DNA of 64,000 nt from a virus, in IMG/VR virus record IMGVR_UViG_3300030117_003378, positions 1 to 64,000 of that record; one strand, given 5' to 3'. Below are positions 1-9,900 of this stretch, piece after piece; within the stretch, counting starts at the first letter, position 1, and each line of letters opens with the position of its first letter. Under the pieces are notes generated by a model. It saw only the letters and a program-made list of their open reading frames with translations, was not told the origin of the DNA and ran no database searches. The translations under genes and the position numbers were made by a program.

Positions 1-271
1 TCATTCTTCCGCGTTACTATCGACGACAGAGGCAAGTATATCGCCTTCGATAACTCATCTGAAATAGAAGGTATCTCCACCATCGGACACCGCATCCTTG
101 CCGAGAGATTCATCGTCAAGAAAGTCGAGCCATACTACTCAATTGCAGGTTGGGACTTGCAGCCCATCCACAACGCGCTGAATGGATTGGGCGATTTAGG
201 GTGGATTTAGGGCAATCACAACCATTATAAGCAAATAATTCCTAGTGAAATTACCGAGAGGGAGTGAGAAT

Positions 272-634
272 ATGACAAAAGGATTCAGACAACCGAAAAA
301 GCAGACGCACGCACAGCGAGCAGATTCAATCGAAGCACAGGTCGAGCAGATTGCTATGACACAACAAGGACTTATCCGAGCAGTGGGTAGTGACATTGAG
401 CGATTGAACGTTTTAGTTTTCACACTTCTCGACGAATTGGGTAAGGCAGAGAAGATTGAGTGCGTCAACTGTGGTCACGAAATCTACCGACCCATCCTTG
501 AGAAGTTGCCTATGGAGGACATTTGCCCTGTATGCAACAACCCGACCGACGAATTGGTACAAGAGAAACTTGACGTTCTCGGTGAAGAGGAAGAAGAAGG
601 TGGAGAAACCCTTTCAATCGGGGAAGAAGAATAA
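272..634 (+). CDS. Zn-ribbon protein with acidic tail
   Basis: CVNC...CPVC; SD-like GGAGTGA before ATG 272. Confidence 0.6.
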   Translation: MTKGFRQPKKQTHAQRADSIEAQVEQIAMTQQGLIRAVGSDIERLNVLVFTLLDELGKAEKIECVNCGHEIYRPILEKLPMEDICPVCNNPTDELVQEKLDVLGEEEEEGGETLSIGEEE

Positions 635-669
635 ATACATTGAAGTAACAGTCTAACGGTGGTGAAATT

Positions 670-954
670 ATGTCTGTCCTTGTCATTTCCGACGATGCTG
701 ATGTTGTAGCCGCCGCTATCAAAGAACACGGGGCGGAGAACGTATCATGGTATGCTTGCTTCTCACGACGCCGAGAGGCGTCTACTCTCGGTCTTGGCGA
801 CCGTCTGCTCTCAAAGCAGATGATGTCTGCCAAAGAAGCCGAGTCAGCAAGCGATTGGTCATCCGTTATCGGAGGCTCAAAGAAGGCCGCACCTGCCCCC
901 AAAGCAACAAAGAAGGAGGCGAAGAAAGGTGCAGTTAAGAGCGGCGACGAATGA
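670..954 (+). CDS. hypothetical protein, Lys/Ala-rich C-terminus
   Basis: ORF preceded by GGTGGTGA SD. Confidence 0.55.
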   Translation: MSVLVISDDADVVAAAIKEHGAENVSWYACFSRRREASTLGLGDRLLSKQMMSAKEAESASDWSSVIGGSKKAAPAPKATKKEAKKGAVKSGDE

Positions 955-1771
955 AGAGATAGAGAACTCTTCTTACAATCCATCCGAGGGCCAATACCTT
1001 CGCGTGAGTAAGTCATCATTTATGACTTACAAGACCTGCCCACGTCAGTTCTATTGGCGCTACATCGCAGACATTCCTAAGCCACCGGCCAACGAAGCCA
1101 TGCTTCGTGGTACACGGGTTCATTCGTGGCTTGAGGGGACATACATGAACGATGAATCAATTGACACGACAGAGGATGAAGATGCCGAATGTGTCGCCGC
1201 TTTGGGGCAGATGGAGAATGCCCGAATCGAGGAATGGGGTCAGGATGAAATCTTTGACGCTGTTGTCTCTGCCGAACACAAATACTACGCCTTCGATGAA
1301 GAGAACCAAGTCGTACTCGTCGGTGTGATTGACGGTGTGCTACGTCACCCTGATGGTAGCCTAATCATCGCCGAACTCAAGACCGGAGAGATGGGCGACT
1401 CCAAATTAGGCCGCACCCGTCGAGAATTGTGCTACTACAATGCAATCCTTCAGGCTAATGGTATGGATGAGGTCAAGCACTTCATGTATCTAACGCCTGA
1501 CTGCACCAACGAAAAATTCCTGACCAGCATGATTAACAACCGCAACAAGAAAGTTTGGTTGGGAGAAAGCATGGGTGTCACCGTGATTGAAAAGGTAAAT
1601 GCACGCTCTCTTAATGCTTTTGCGAAAGCCTATAATAGTGTCATTCCTTCGATGAAATCCCGCGAGTGGCCCATCAGTTGGAACGACTACTACTGCCCAA
1701 CATGGTGTGAGTTTTTCGCGGCCTGTGAGAACGAGATGATGGGTGTTACTGCGCCTTTGGAGTTGGTATGA
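929..1771 (+). CDS. Cas4/RecB-like PD-(D/E)XK exonuclease with Fe-S cysteines
   Basis: S-S..TYKTCPRQF, G.RVH, GVID..ELKTG, C-terminal CPTWC...C. Confidence 0.85.
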   Translation: MQLRAATNEEIENSSYNPSEGQYLRVSKSSFMTYKTCPRQFYWRYIADIPKPPANEAMLRGTRVHSWLEGTYMNDESIDTTEDEDAECVAALGQMENARIEEWGQDEIFDAVVSAEHKYYAFDEENQVVLVGVIDGVLRHPDGSLIIAELKTGEMGDSKLGRTRRELCYYNAILQANGMDEVKHFMYLTPDCTNEKFLTSMINNRNKKVWLGESMGVTVIEKVNARSLNAFAKAYNSVIPSMKSREWPISWNDYYCPTWCEFFAACENEMMGVTAPLELV

Positions 1772-1944
1772 TGGAGTCAGATGGTGAGATAGCAGAACAC
1801 GTTTGCGAGTTTTGTGGCGCGAACGATTTTACCGAGCCTGAAATCCTTTTCATACTAACGAGCGACCAAGATACACCTACAAAGCGAGTGGCCTCGGCAT
1901 TTTGTGGTGCGTGCGGTCGTCGTGTCAAGGTCGAACACATTTGA
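1768..1944 (+). CDS. small Zn-ribbon protein (58 aa, below ORF-track cutoff)
   Basis: Manual translation MMESDGEIAEHVCEFC...FCGACGRRVKVEHI; ATGA overlap with upstream gene. Confidence 0.6.
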   Translation: MMESDGEIAEHVCEFCGANDFTEPEILFILTSDQDTPTKRVASAFCGACGRRVKVEHI

Positions 1945-1956
1945 GCCCAAGGAGGG

Positions 1957-2976
1957 TTGTATTTGCGAAGTCTGTTGAGTTTCCCCCGTGAGATTGGTTT
2001 GAAGCGTACCACCTGTGGTAGCCGCGAAGAATTCGATTCTTACATCATGCGTTTGAACGGCAAGGCATCTTGCTATACGTCGCTATACCATTTCCGTGAC
2101 CGATGCAGTGTCAGGCATTGGAAATTCGACACAGACAGTGTGGTGATTGACCGTGCGTGGTGGGACTTCGACAGTGGTGAGCGCGGAGATATTGTAGCCG
2201 TTAAGAAGGATGTAGCCAAACTACTGACTCGCCTGAACGGTGACGTAAGAATCGTAGCGACGGGCCGTGGGTTCCATATCCATGAATTGTTTGAAAGTCC
2301 GGTCATCGGTCGTGATTGGTCACGCCACCTAGACCGATATGAGCGGGAGATGGCACGCGGCCTCAAGACCCTAGATGGCGTCGGTCATGCACAAAAATTG
2401 ACTCGCATACCGGACACCTTCAACGTCACGCGCTCTCGCTGGGCGGTCAACATCGACGCAGATGCCTTCAAAGCAGACCCGTTAGGCTACGAGATACCAC
2501 TGCGGCCCGACCCAAGATTGTTTGTCAACGACCCATTCAGAGGCCAGCCATCCCGTAGTAAATTCAACCTCGCTAGATGGGTGGCAGAGAACCCAATCCA
2601 ACAGGCCATACAGTTGCCCGCCTACAAAGGACCAATCGGTGTGGCTTCGCAGGTTCCAATCCCACCGTGCCTTGAACGGGGCATCAGTGTCAACAATCCA
2701 TCTCACGAAATTCGTGTTGCTTTGGTACAGCACATGACAGAGAACCTACGTTGGTTCGCGCCATCAGACACAATGACCAACGAGCAGCGTGATTCTATCA
2801 CCAAGGAGATTTGTGATTTCATAGCCACTCTAGGTTGGAGAGACTACAACCCTTCAATCACCCTGAAGCAAGTACGCTCTGTCGTAAACTACGAGCGTGC
2901 CCCTTCCTGTGCGTGGTTCCAAGGTCGCAACCTATGCGACAGACCGTGTTGGCGAGACGACGGAACGTTGAGATGA
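1957..2976 (+). CDS. archaeo-eukaryotic primase, PriS catalytic domain fused to PriL-like C-terminal Fe-S domain
   Basis: WWDFD, TGRGFH, RIPDTFN motifs; C-terminal PPC..SHEIR...PSC..C..C. Confidence 0.85.
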   Translation: MYLRSLLSFPREIGLKRTTCGSREEFDSYIMRLNGKASCYTSLYHFRDRCSVRHWKFDTDSVVIDRAWWDFDSGERGDIVAVKKDVAKLLTRLNGDVRIVATGRGFHIHELFESPVIGRDWSRHLDRYEREMARGLKTLDGVGHAQKLTRIPDTFNVTRSRWAVNIDADAFKADPLGYEIPLRPDPRLFVNDPFRGQPSRSKFNLARWVAENPIQQAIQLPAYKGPIGVASQVPIPPCLERGISVNNPSHEIRVALVQHMTENLRWFAPSDTMTNEQRDSITKEICDFIATLGWRDYNPSITLKQVRSVVNYERAPSCAWFQGRNLCDRPCWRDDGTLR

Positions 2977-2995
2977 TTTAACTATCATTAGGGGG

Positions 2996-3238
2996 TTGAA
3001 TATATTGTTGAGGTTGGAAGATATGGGTAAGGTGCGTAGTGCTGCTTCACACCGAGAGATGCTACACGAAGCAATCCGTCTGCTCAAAGAGTGGGAGGTA
3101 TGGATGCAGCACCCTGACTGTAAACATGACAAAAAGGCATTTGCGGAGGCCGTTCGTAACTACAATGCTCTACGCGGCGTGGTCAAGTGTCTCAAGTGGT
3201 CTTTGCGTTTTCCCAACGTCGATGAACCATTGTGGTGA
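2996..3238 (+). CDS. hypothetical protein
   Basis: ORF fills the gap between primase and ERCC4 genes. Confidence 0.5.
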   Translation: MNILLRLEDMGKVRSAASHREMLHEAIRLLKEWEVWMQHPDCKHDKKAFAEAVRNYNALRGVVKCLKWSLRFPNVDEPLW

Positions 3239-3242
3239 TTGG

Positions 3243-3962
3243 ATGCTATACATTGACGACAGAGAGAACGACAAAGTGAAGCATAAGATATTGATGCGTC
3301 TTGGTGATAGCAAGCACGACCCAAAGGGACAGGCGCAAGTCAAGCGCCTAAAGTCGGCAGACTACATCATGGGTCAGTGGGGTATCGAGGCCAAAGAAAT
3401 CAACGACCTGTACCGTAGCATCCTAGGTATCGGGAGGACACGCACAATCGCAGGTCAGTTGGCGGACCTCAACGCATCCTTCGACGTACCGATGCTAGTA
3501 GTTTATGGTACAGAACTCAAGCCGTGGATTGCGGGTAGAAAGGGCAGACCGACGGCAAGAGAAATCGCGATAGAACGTAGTAGAATGGAAAAGACCATAT
3601 CGTCATTCAAGGCTTCATTCTTCCACCGCTACCCCAACATCAGATTCATGCAGGTCAAGAGCATGGATGAGTTTGTAGAGTGGATTGCTCTCAACCATTT
3701 GCAGATGGCTGTGGCTGGCAAAACCAAGGCTATACCACCCCAAATCAAGAGTGCCCCTAAAACGCTCTCCGATGCCCGTGAGGGCGCGCTTTTTTCCATT
3801 AGTGGTATCACCCAAGAAGTCGCACAAAGGCTCTTAGAACGCTTCGGAGGGCTCGTAGAGGTCATCTCCGCAAGTCGCAAGGAACTTATGCAAGTCGAGG
3901 GCATCGGAAAGGCCAAAGCGGACAAGATTCTGTCACTCAAAGAGCCTTACGAGTTGTCGTGA
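3243..3962 (+). CDS. XPF/ERCC4 structure-specific endonuclease with (HhH)2 domain
   Basis: IDDRE, ADY, IEAK..DL; C-terminal ISGI..VA..LL.RFG and VEGIGKAKA HhH motifs; start reassigned to ATG 3243. Confidence 0.85.
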   Translation: MLYIDDRENDKVKHKILMRLGDSKHDPKGQAQVKRLKSADYIMGQWGIEAKEINDLYRSILGIGRTRTIAGQLADLNASFDVPMLVVYGTELKPWIAGRKGRPTAREIAIERSRMEKTISSFKASFFHRYPNIRFMQVKSMDEFVEWIALNHLQMAVAGKTKAIPPQIKSAPKTLSDAREGALFSISGITQEVAQRLLERFGGLVEVISASRKELMQVEGIGKAKADKILSLKEPYELS

Positions 3963-6900
3963 TTTTTCCAATCGTGGAATCCGAAGTTTCGGCTTGAAGT
4001 TTGGTCAACATTGACGGATGCTCTGTTGAACCTGATTGACAGGTCGTGTACCACCACTCCATCTTCGTTGGCGTTGTCGGCCTGTGTCGAAGAGGTAATG
4101 GTGGTCGTACCATCGACTCTGCTAAGTTGATTGCTTATTGTCGTGGTCGTACCGGGCTTCCTCTTGACAGTGACCTTGATTTCGCTACCGGGGCTTATAC
4201 CTGATAGCAGTGTTTGGTCTAACAGAGCCATATCGGATTTTGTAGTACCTGTTTCGATTGCGACATTCTGTGATACCGTGGTTTTTGCAGTATCGGTCGT
4301 ACACTGTGCCTCGACAATCAGAACTGCTTGTCTAGCACCTGTCTTTCCACTACCATCTAAATCAATTGGCGCACAGGAAATAGTGCCAAAGATTGAGATT
4401 GACTCGCCTATCGCATCTGATGGTACTTGTAGTGTGGTAGAGATGGAATGCTCTTGGTAGCCGGTTTCGTCAGGGTGCCCCTTACCGGGCAAACAGAATC
4501 CATCGTCGGTCTTTACTGCCATACCGCTTTCAGGTACTACATCGAAATTCAAGCCCTCTACCGGAGACATAGCAGATGCCGGTGGTGCAGGTCTGTTCTG
4601 ACCCAAGATTCCCCACTCCCCAACGGTGGCGCCATCCATATCCATTCTTCTCTTGATATTGCTATGCAAACCCTTGGTTGTGTTGTTGACACTCCACTGT
4701 ATATTGGTATGGCTACCCGTTTGGTCGCCAAAACCGGGGAACTGTCCGCCCTGTGGGTGTTGCGGTCGTTGGTCAGGCTGGCTTGGGCCTTGCGGTCTAC
4801 CGTCTTGCGGCGGCCTATCCGGTGCGGGTTGTGGTGGCGCGGGAGGTGGGCCGGGTGCGTTAGCGCGGCTAGTGTCTCCCAAAACCGGGAATAGGTAAGC
4901 ACCTAGACCACCTGCAAACCTAGACTCATCTCTCTCAAGGGACAGCGTAACTCTCTCGGTGTTTCTACCGTCGATTTGCCAATTGACTCTTTGTATGGCG
5001 AGTACCTCGCTGTTGAGGTCATGTGACTTGTTCGTGTAAGTTACTGTGGTGGCGGGTATGAAGTTCAAATCATTGACGATGTGGATGCGAGGTGCATACC
5101 ATGCTGCTCTACCATGTGCTACTGATGACATCTCCGCGTACTTCCGCATACCAATTGGGAAGATGCTGTTGGCGTTGGTAGCAGACCAATTGGAACCCAT
5201 CATCTCTGATATGTTGTGAGCATTGTGGAGGATTCCCGATGCAGTGGGGTCGCCGCATCGGTGGCGTAGTAACGCCTTACAGTATTCTGCATTGAAAGAC
5301 ACAACGATTTTAGATTGTGTATCGGCGGCAATCATATATGAAGTTGGAACCTCAATCTCATAAAACCCGCTACCCTTAGCCACGACACTCTCAAATCCAT
5401 TAGTCGCTAGAGATGCGGCCAAAGAAGGACCACCGCCACCCTTAGCAGTGGTGCTGCCCGAGAATGAGCAATCACTGATACCGATTAGGAATTCAGCGTT
5501 GTCTATGTCCGTTCCACTCTGACCGTTCTTGAGAGCAACCCAAACCCTTAACTCTTCGCCTGTACCCACGCTGACCTTCGGGATGCCGTTAGCGACGTGG
5601 ACTATTTGCACCGCATAACTGATGCTGTTAGCGCCGTACCAATACCAATTCTCATTCCAATCAACAGAGTGCCCCGCCGTAGCAGTGGTATCTATCTGCG
5701 CCGATTGTCCGTATCGGTTGTAGATGTCGGTGGCCGTAGCCATGTTGCCATCAAGTGCGTTACACATACCGGGGAACGGCATACCTCCCGTCTGCAAGGA
5801 GTCCCAAGAGTTGTATTTAGGTGCGCTAGAGTTGGAGTTAGTGGCATCGGATTCGACCATCCTAGTAGTATCTGCGATGTAACCGTACCTAGCGCCCGTG
5901 AGCATCTTGTTGTGTTCAAGCGTGATTGTATCGCGCATGATTTCTACCTCAACCTTTAATTTAGAATCCTTGACCCGATTGTATTCGTTCTTGGCAACTG
6001 CCTCTGCCTCTATTTGGCTTGTCAGGGATGGCATATCAAGCACTTTCCATTTTGTTGTGTCTGTGGTTGATGCTACCGGGAAATCAGCGAAAGAGCGACC
6101 TGCGTTGTAGTAAACTCTGACGTGGCTAATCTGTGCGCCGATGTCAGCATCCAATTTTGTGCTTAGGCTGTTGTCTCTGTTGATTGCCCAACCACTGTTG
6201 TAGTTCGGCCTAAGTTCGATTCTACCATCACGACCCATAAGATACGAGAAGGACTTTGCCGTGTCGTTGTCCACACCCGCTTTGATTGACTCCTTGATGG
6301 TTCTGACAGAGCCCAAAACAGTCTTACCTCTAAGGTCGGACACACTACCGAAAGAGTCACTGTTCGATGCCGTTCCATCGGTAGTCATATCCATAGTCAA
6401 GGGTACGTTGTTGATGTCAAAAATACAGGAGAAGTTGGTGCGAGGCATCCAAGAATCTAGTGTGCCAGCAGTCCACAGTGTACGCATCTTATCGCTCTCA
6501 AAGTATGTACCTAATCCTCTACTTTCGACATAGCCCTCAATCGTCATCATCAGGCGTAACATGAACTTAGATGCAATCGTATTGAAAATTTCAACCTTGT
6601 CGTAACCTCCCGATGTTGAATTTGTTGTGTTCAAAGTAAATGTAGTGGGCGCACCTGCGTTGTTCACCAGCATCCTCAAAGCCATTTGTGTGTTCAAATG
6701 GTCTAAAATCTGTTGCGAAGAGTACCCGGCATTGACAATCGTTTGCTCCCAGCCCGAAGGTACATGATTGATACCTGCCAACTGCGGTGCGAACTTGTAA
6801 GTGTGTCCCGACGAGAATGCGCTGGTGGCTTCTGATGTGAATACTTTGAGTGTCGTGGCGCTTGTAACCTCTCGGACAATCGCTGCTTGGTTGGTGTTGT

Positions 6901-9900
6901 TGTTCTGTACGACCATTCCTACTATGATTCCCTTGTTGATGAAATCGCCGGATGAATCTACTAGAGTTCGTGTTTCCGTAGCACCCGAACCTGCGACGGT
7001 GTTTGTTCCGCTGGTCATGGTTCCGGTTATCTCGTTAGCGACACAACCTGACCAATGGAACCACTTACTGACCTTTGTGGTCTGCGAAGAAGAGGTAGAT
7101 GACGTAGTACCCGAGCCACCACCCGAAGATGTAGCCACCATTTCGCCCCACCCACGGTAGGGGAAGTTGCTGGCATCTTTGACTAAGATAGCAGTATCTC
7201 CCTGCAATATAGTGTTGGTGGCGGTCGTACCGTCTGACATACACCACATCGTATTGGGGTGCTGCGAATAAGGAACCGTCACGGTTTTGAAGTTCGCCAT
7301 AGCCTCTGACCAATAACTGTCGATTAGTTTAGGGAATCCTCTGACCGATGCGAAATAATCTTCCAAGTCAGTTCGACCACCCGAATCCTGACCACTCTTC
7401 CCGTTGTTGGCTAGTGTGTTGAGATTGAAGAACTTCGACGCATCAACGACTACAAATGCGCCTCCCTTGTTCTCCCAATCTTGATAAACAGAATTGCTAG
7501 AAGGTGAGGTCGGCTCTGCTGAACCTGACGCACCACCCGGTCTGTGTTCTGTTTCACTTCCGATTGCTCTACCCCACTTGTAGCCCCATGCCGGTGCGTT
7601 ATCCGTTCCAGCAAAATCCAAATCCAAATCTATCGTTGTTGACCCGACAGCGCTTACCTTGTGTACTCCGTCGTGTAGTGCGCTACCTACGACGTGGACA
7701 TAGTAATCGAGAGAGCCCGATGGTCCGAAGATGTAGTGATTAGATGCTACTGTTAGTCTTGCTTTACCACTACCGTTGTCAGTAATGGATGTTAGAGTCT
7801 GTAAGTCGGCATAGTTCGCTGGTTTGGAAAACGCACCGCCGGTAGTAGGGTCTGTCAGTGAGGATATTTCCCACAAATCACAGTCCTCACCCAACTTGAG
7901 AGAAGCGAATCTATCCGGCTCTCCGGTCATAGCATCAAATTGGTCGTCATAAAATAGACTCACTTCGTAGTTCTCACTCGTAGGGAACATCAGACCGAAT
8001 TTGTCCTTTCTTTGGCTGTTGTCTGCATCTGCTTTGCCGTTATTTCTCATATCCGCCCACAGAACCCAACAGTGCTTGTAGTCATCACTGACGGTCAGCA
8101 CGTTGACAGTCGCACCGTTATCGTGCGCCTTACTCAAGAACTGAACCCCTATGAGATAATAATTACCTCCGCCGGTAGCCTTTGCTTTCCAAACGAAGGT
8201 ATCTACTGTCCCGTCGGCATCTACGATTTCACCAAGACCTCCGGTGGTATCAATGGCGTTGTAGGCGGTCGCATCTATTTGGATATACTTGCTATCGGTG
8301 GTTGTTGCGGCTTGTATGGTCCCGGTTGCGTCGGGAGCATTCGCAATCTGCCCGAAGTGGTATTGGAACCATAGCGACTTGGGTAGGTCACGCACCCAAA
8401 CTGCATGAACTGCCTTGCTCTCAATCAGGTTGTTTGTTATGGGCCGAACTACGCCCGATTCCTTACCGAGTTTTGTGAATCTGATTCTCGCGTTGCCGCT
8501 AAGGTAGCCGGATGCGTCAGTCGTGTTGTACTGCCCCGTGGTTGCGTGCCCCTCACTATGAGTGGAAAACTTCTCGTCGTCAAAAACAGCCACTCTATGA
8601 TAAGTCACGTTGTTCCGTGTGTAGGTACTTTTGAATCTGCAAGTGTAAATCCCACCAACAGCGCCATCCCCTAGTCCCGTGGGTCTTGAGTTGTCAAGCG
8701 CGCCACCATCGGGAATCAAGAATCTATCTCCTTGCTCTAACTGTGGGTCTGAATCGAAGTGAAAGTACATCGCACTTGCTGAAAGGGGGCTGTTACTACC
8801 GTCAGTAAATCTGTCCCCGTGGTAGCCTCCGGCGTACACGATAAGTGCGCTCTCTCTTGTGTAGGCAAGAACAGAACCCGAAGTACCATCAAACTTCAAG
8901 AATTGATGCGTGGTGGTGGGGGCCGTGGGTAAGATTGATGGGTTAGTGTAAGTTCCGACCGCAGATGGCTGCTGCGTCGCTACAAGATTGTGGTTTGCGG
9001 TGTTACTGACCGTAACGTCGCTGCTTGTAGTGTAGCCGGGATTGCCAGCCAAAAGAAGCATCGTGTGCCCTGAAGTGTCTATACCTACGCCCAACAAAGT
9101 GTTGCCCTCGTATTGTTCCTCTATACTGTTTGGTCCTGAATTTGACTCGTTGTTGTAGATTTGGATTGGGTGGGAAGAGTGAAGTTGAGTACGTTGGTCG
9201 GTGCGCTCGACGTAGTTGTCATCTTTGTCGAACCCAACAGTTTTTGAGAGCATCTTCAACCTCGCTGCGCCCATGTAGAAAACGTCGTTCCAACCCTTAG
9301 CCGAATCTGTCCAATACGCTTTGGCGGAGTTGTCGTCATTCAACGACCCCTGACCTAGTTCCCAAAGAGGAACCTGTCTGTCGAGTGCGTGTAGAGTGTC
9401 CTTTGCCGTAAGTTGGATGGTTCTTTGTTTTGGCCCATTGTCGTTGACGGACATTTTATCTAGGATGCCACGCCAAACGGGTCTGTCGATACGGCCACCG
9501 CCCTCCCTAGCGGTATGTTTGTTACCCTCATCATCAGCGAACATCAACAAACTCCAATCGTCGTTTGAGGATGTAGAGAAGAGTTTGGTCAACTGATGAC
9601 CGTAGTGGGTATCTAGGCTACCGATATTGTCTCCATCTCTACCGGGGTCATCCGATACCTCAATCTGCAAATTTGATATACCATCTACCGGACTGACCAT
9701 TTTCATACTGCGAATCGGTGGCATATCCCAACCATCACCCTTTTGTTCGGGTGAGTCGGTTAGCGGCCTCACAAGACCCACACGGTCAAGCATCAGTACG
9801 ATTGTGCAGTTTTCATTGTTAGAACTACTCTGTGGCTCTACCGTAGCCATCCATCCCTTCATCTGCGTTGGTGTGAAGTTTGCAGATGTGACGTTGTTGT

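Noticed and set aside
929-1771. CRISPR-Cas locus suggested by the Cas4-like gene
   Set aside because: No other cas genes and no regularly spaced repeat array; standalone Cas4-like nucleases are common in archaeal viruses
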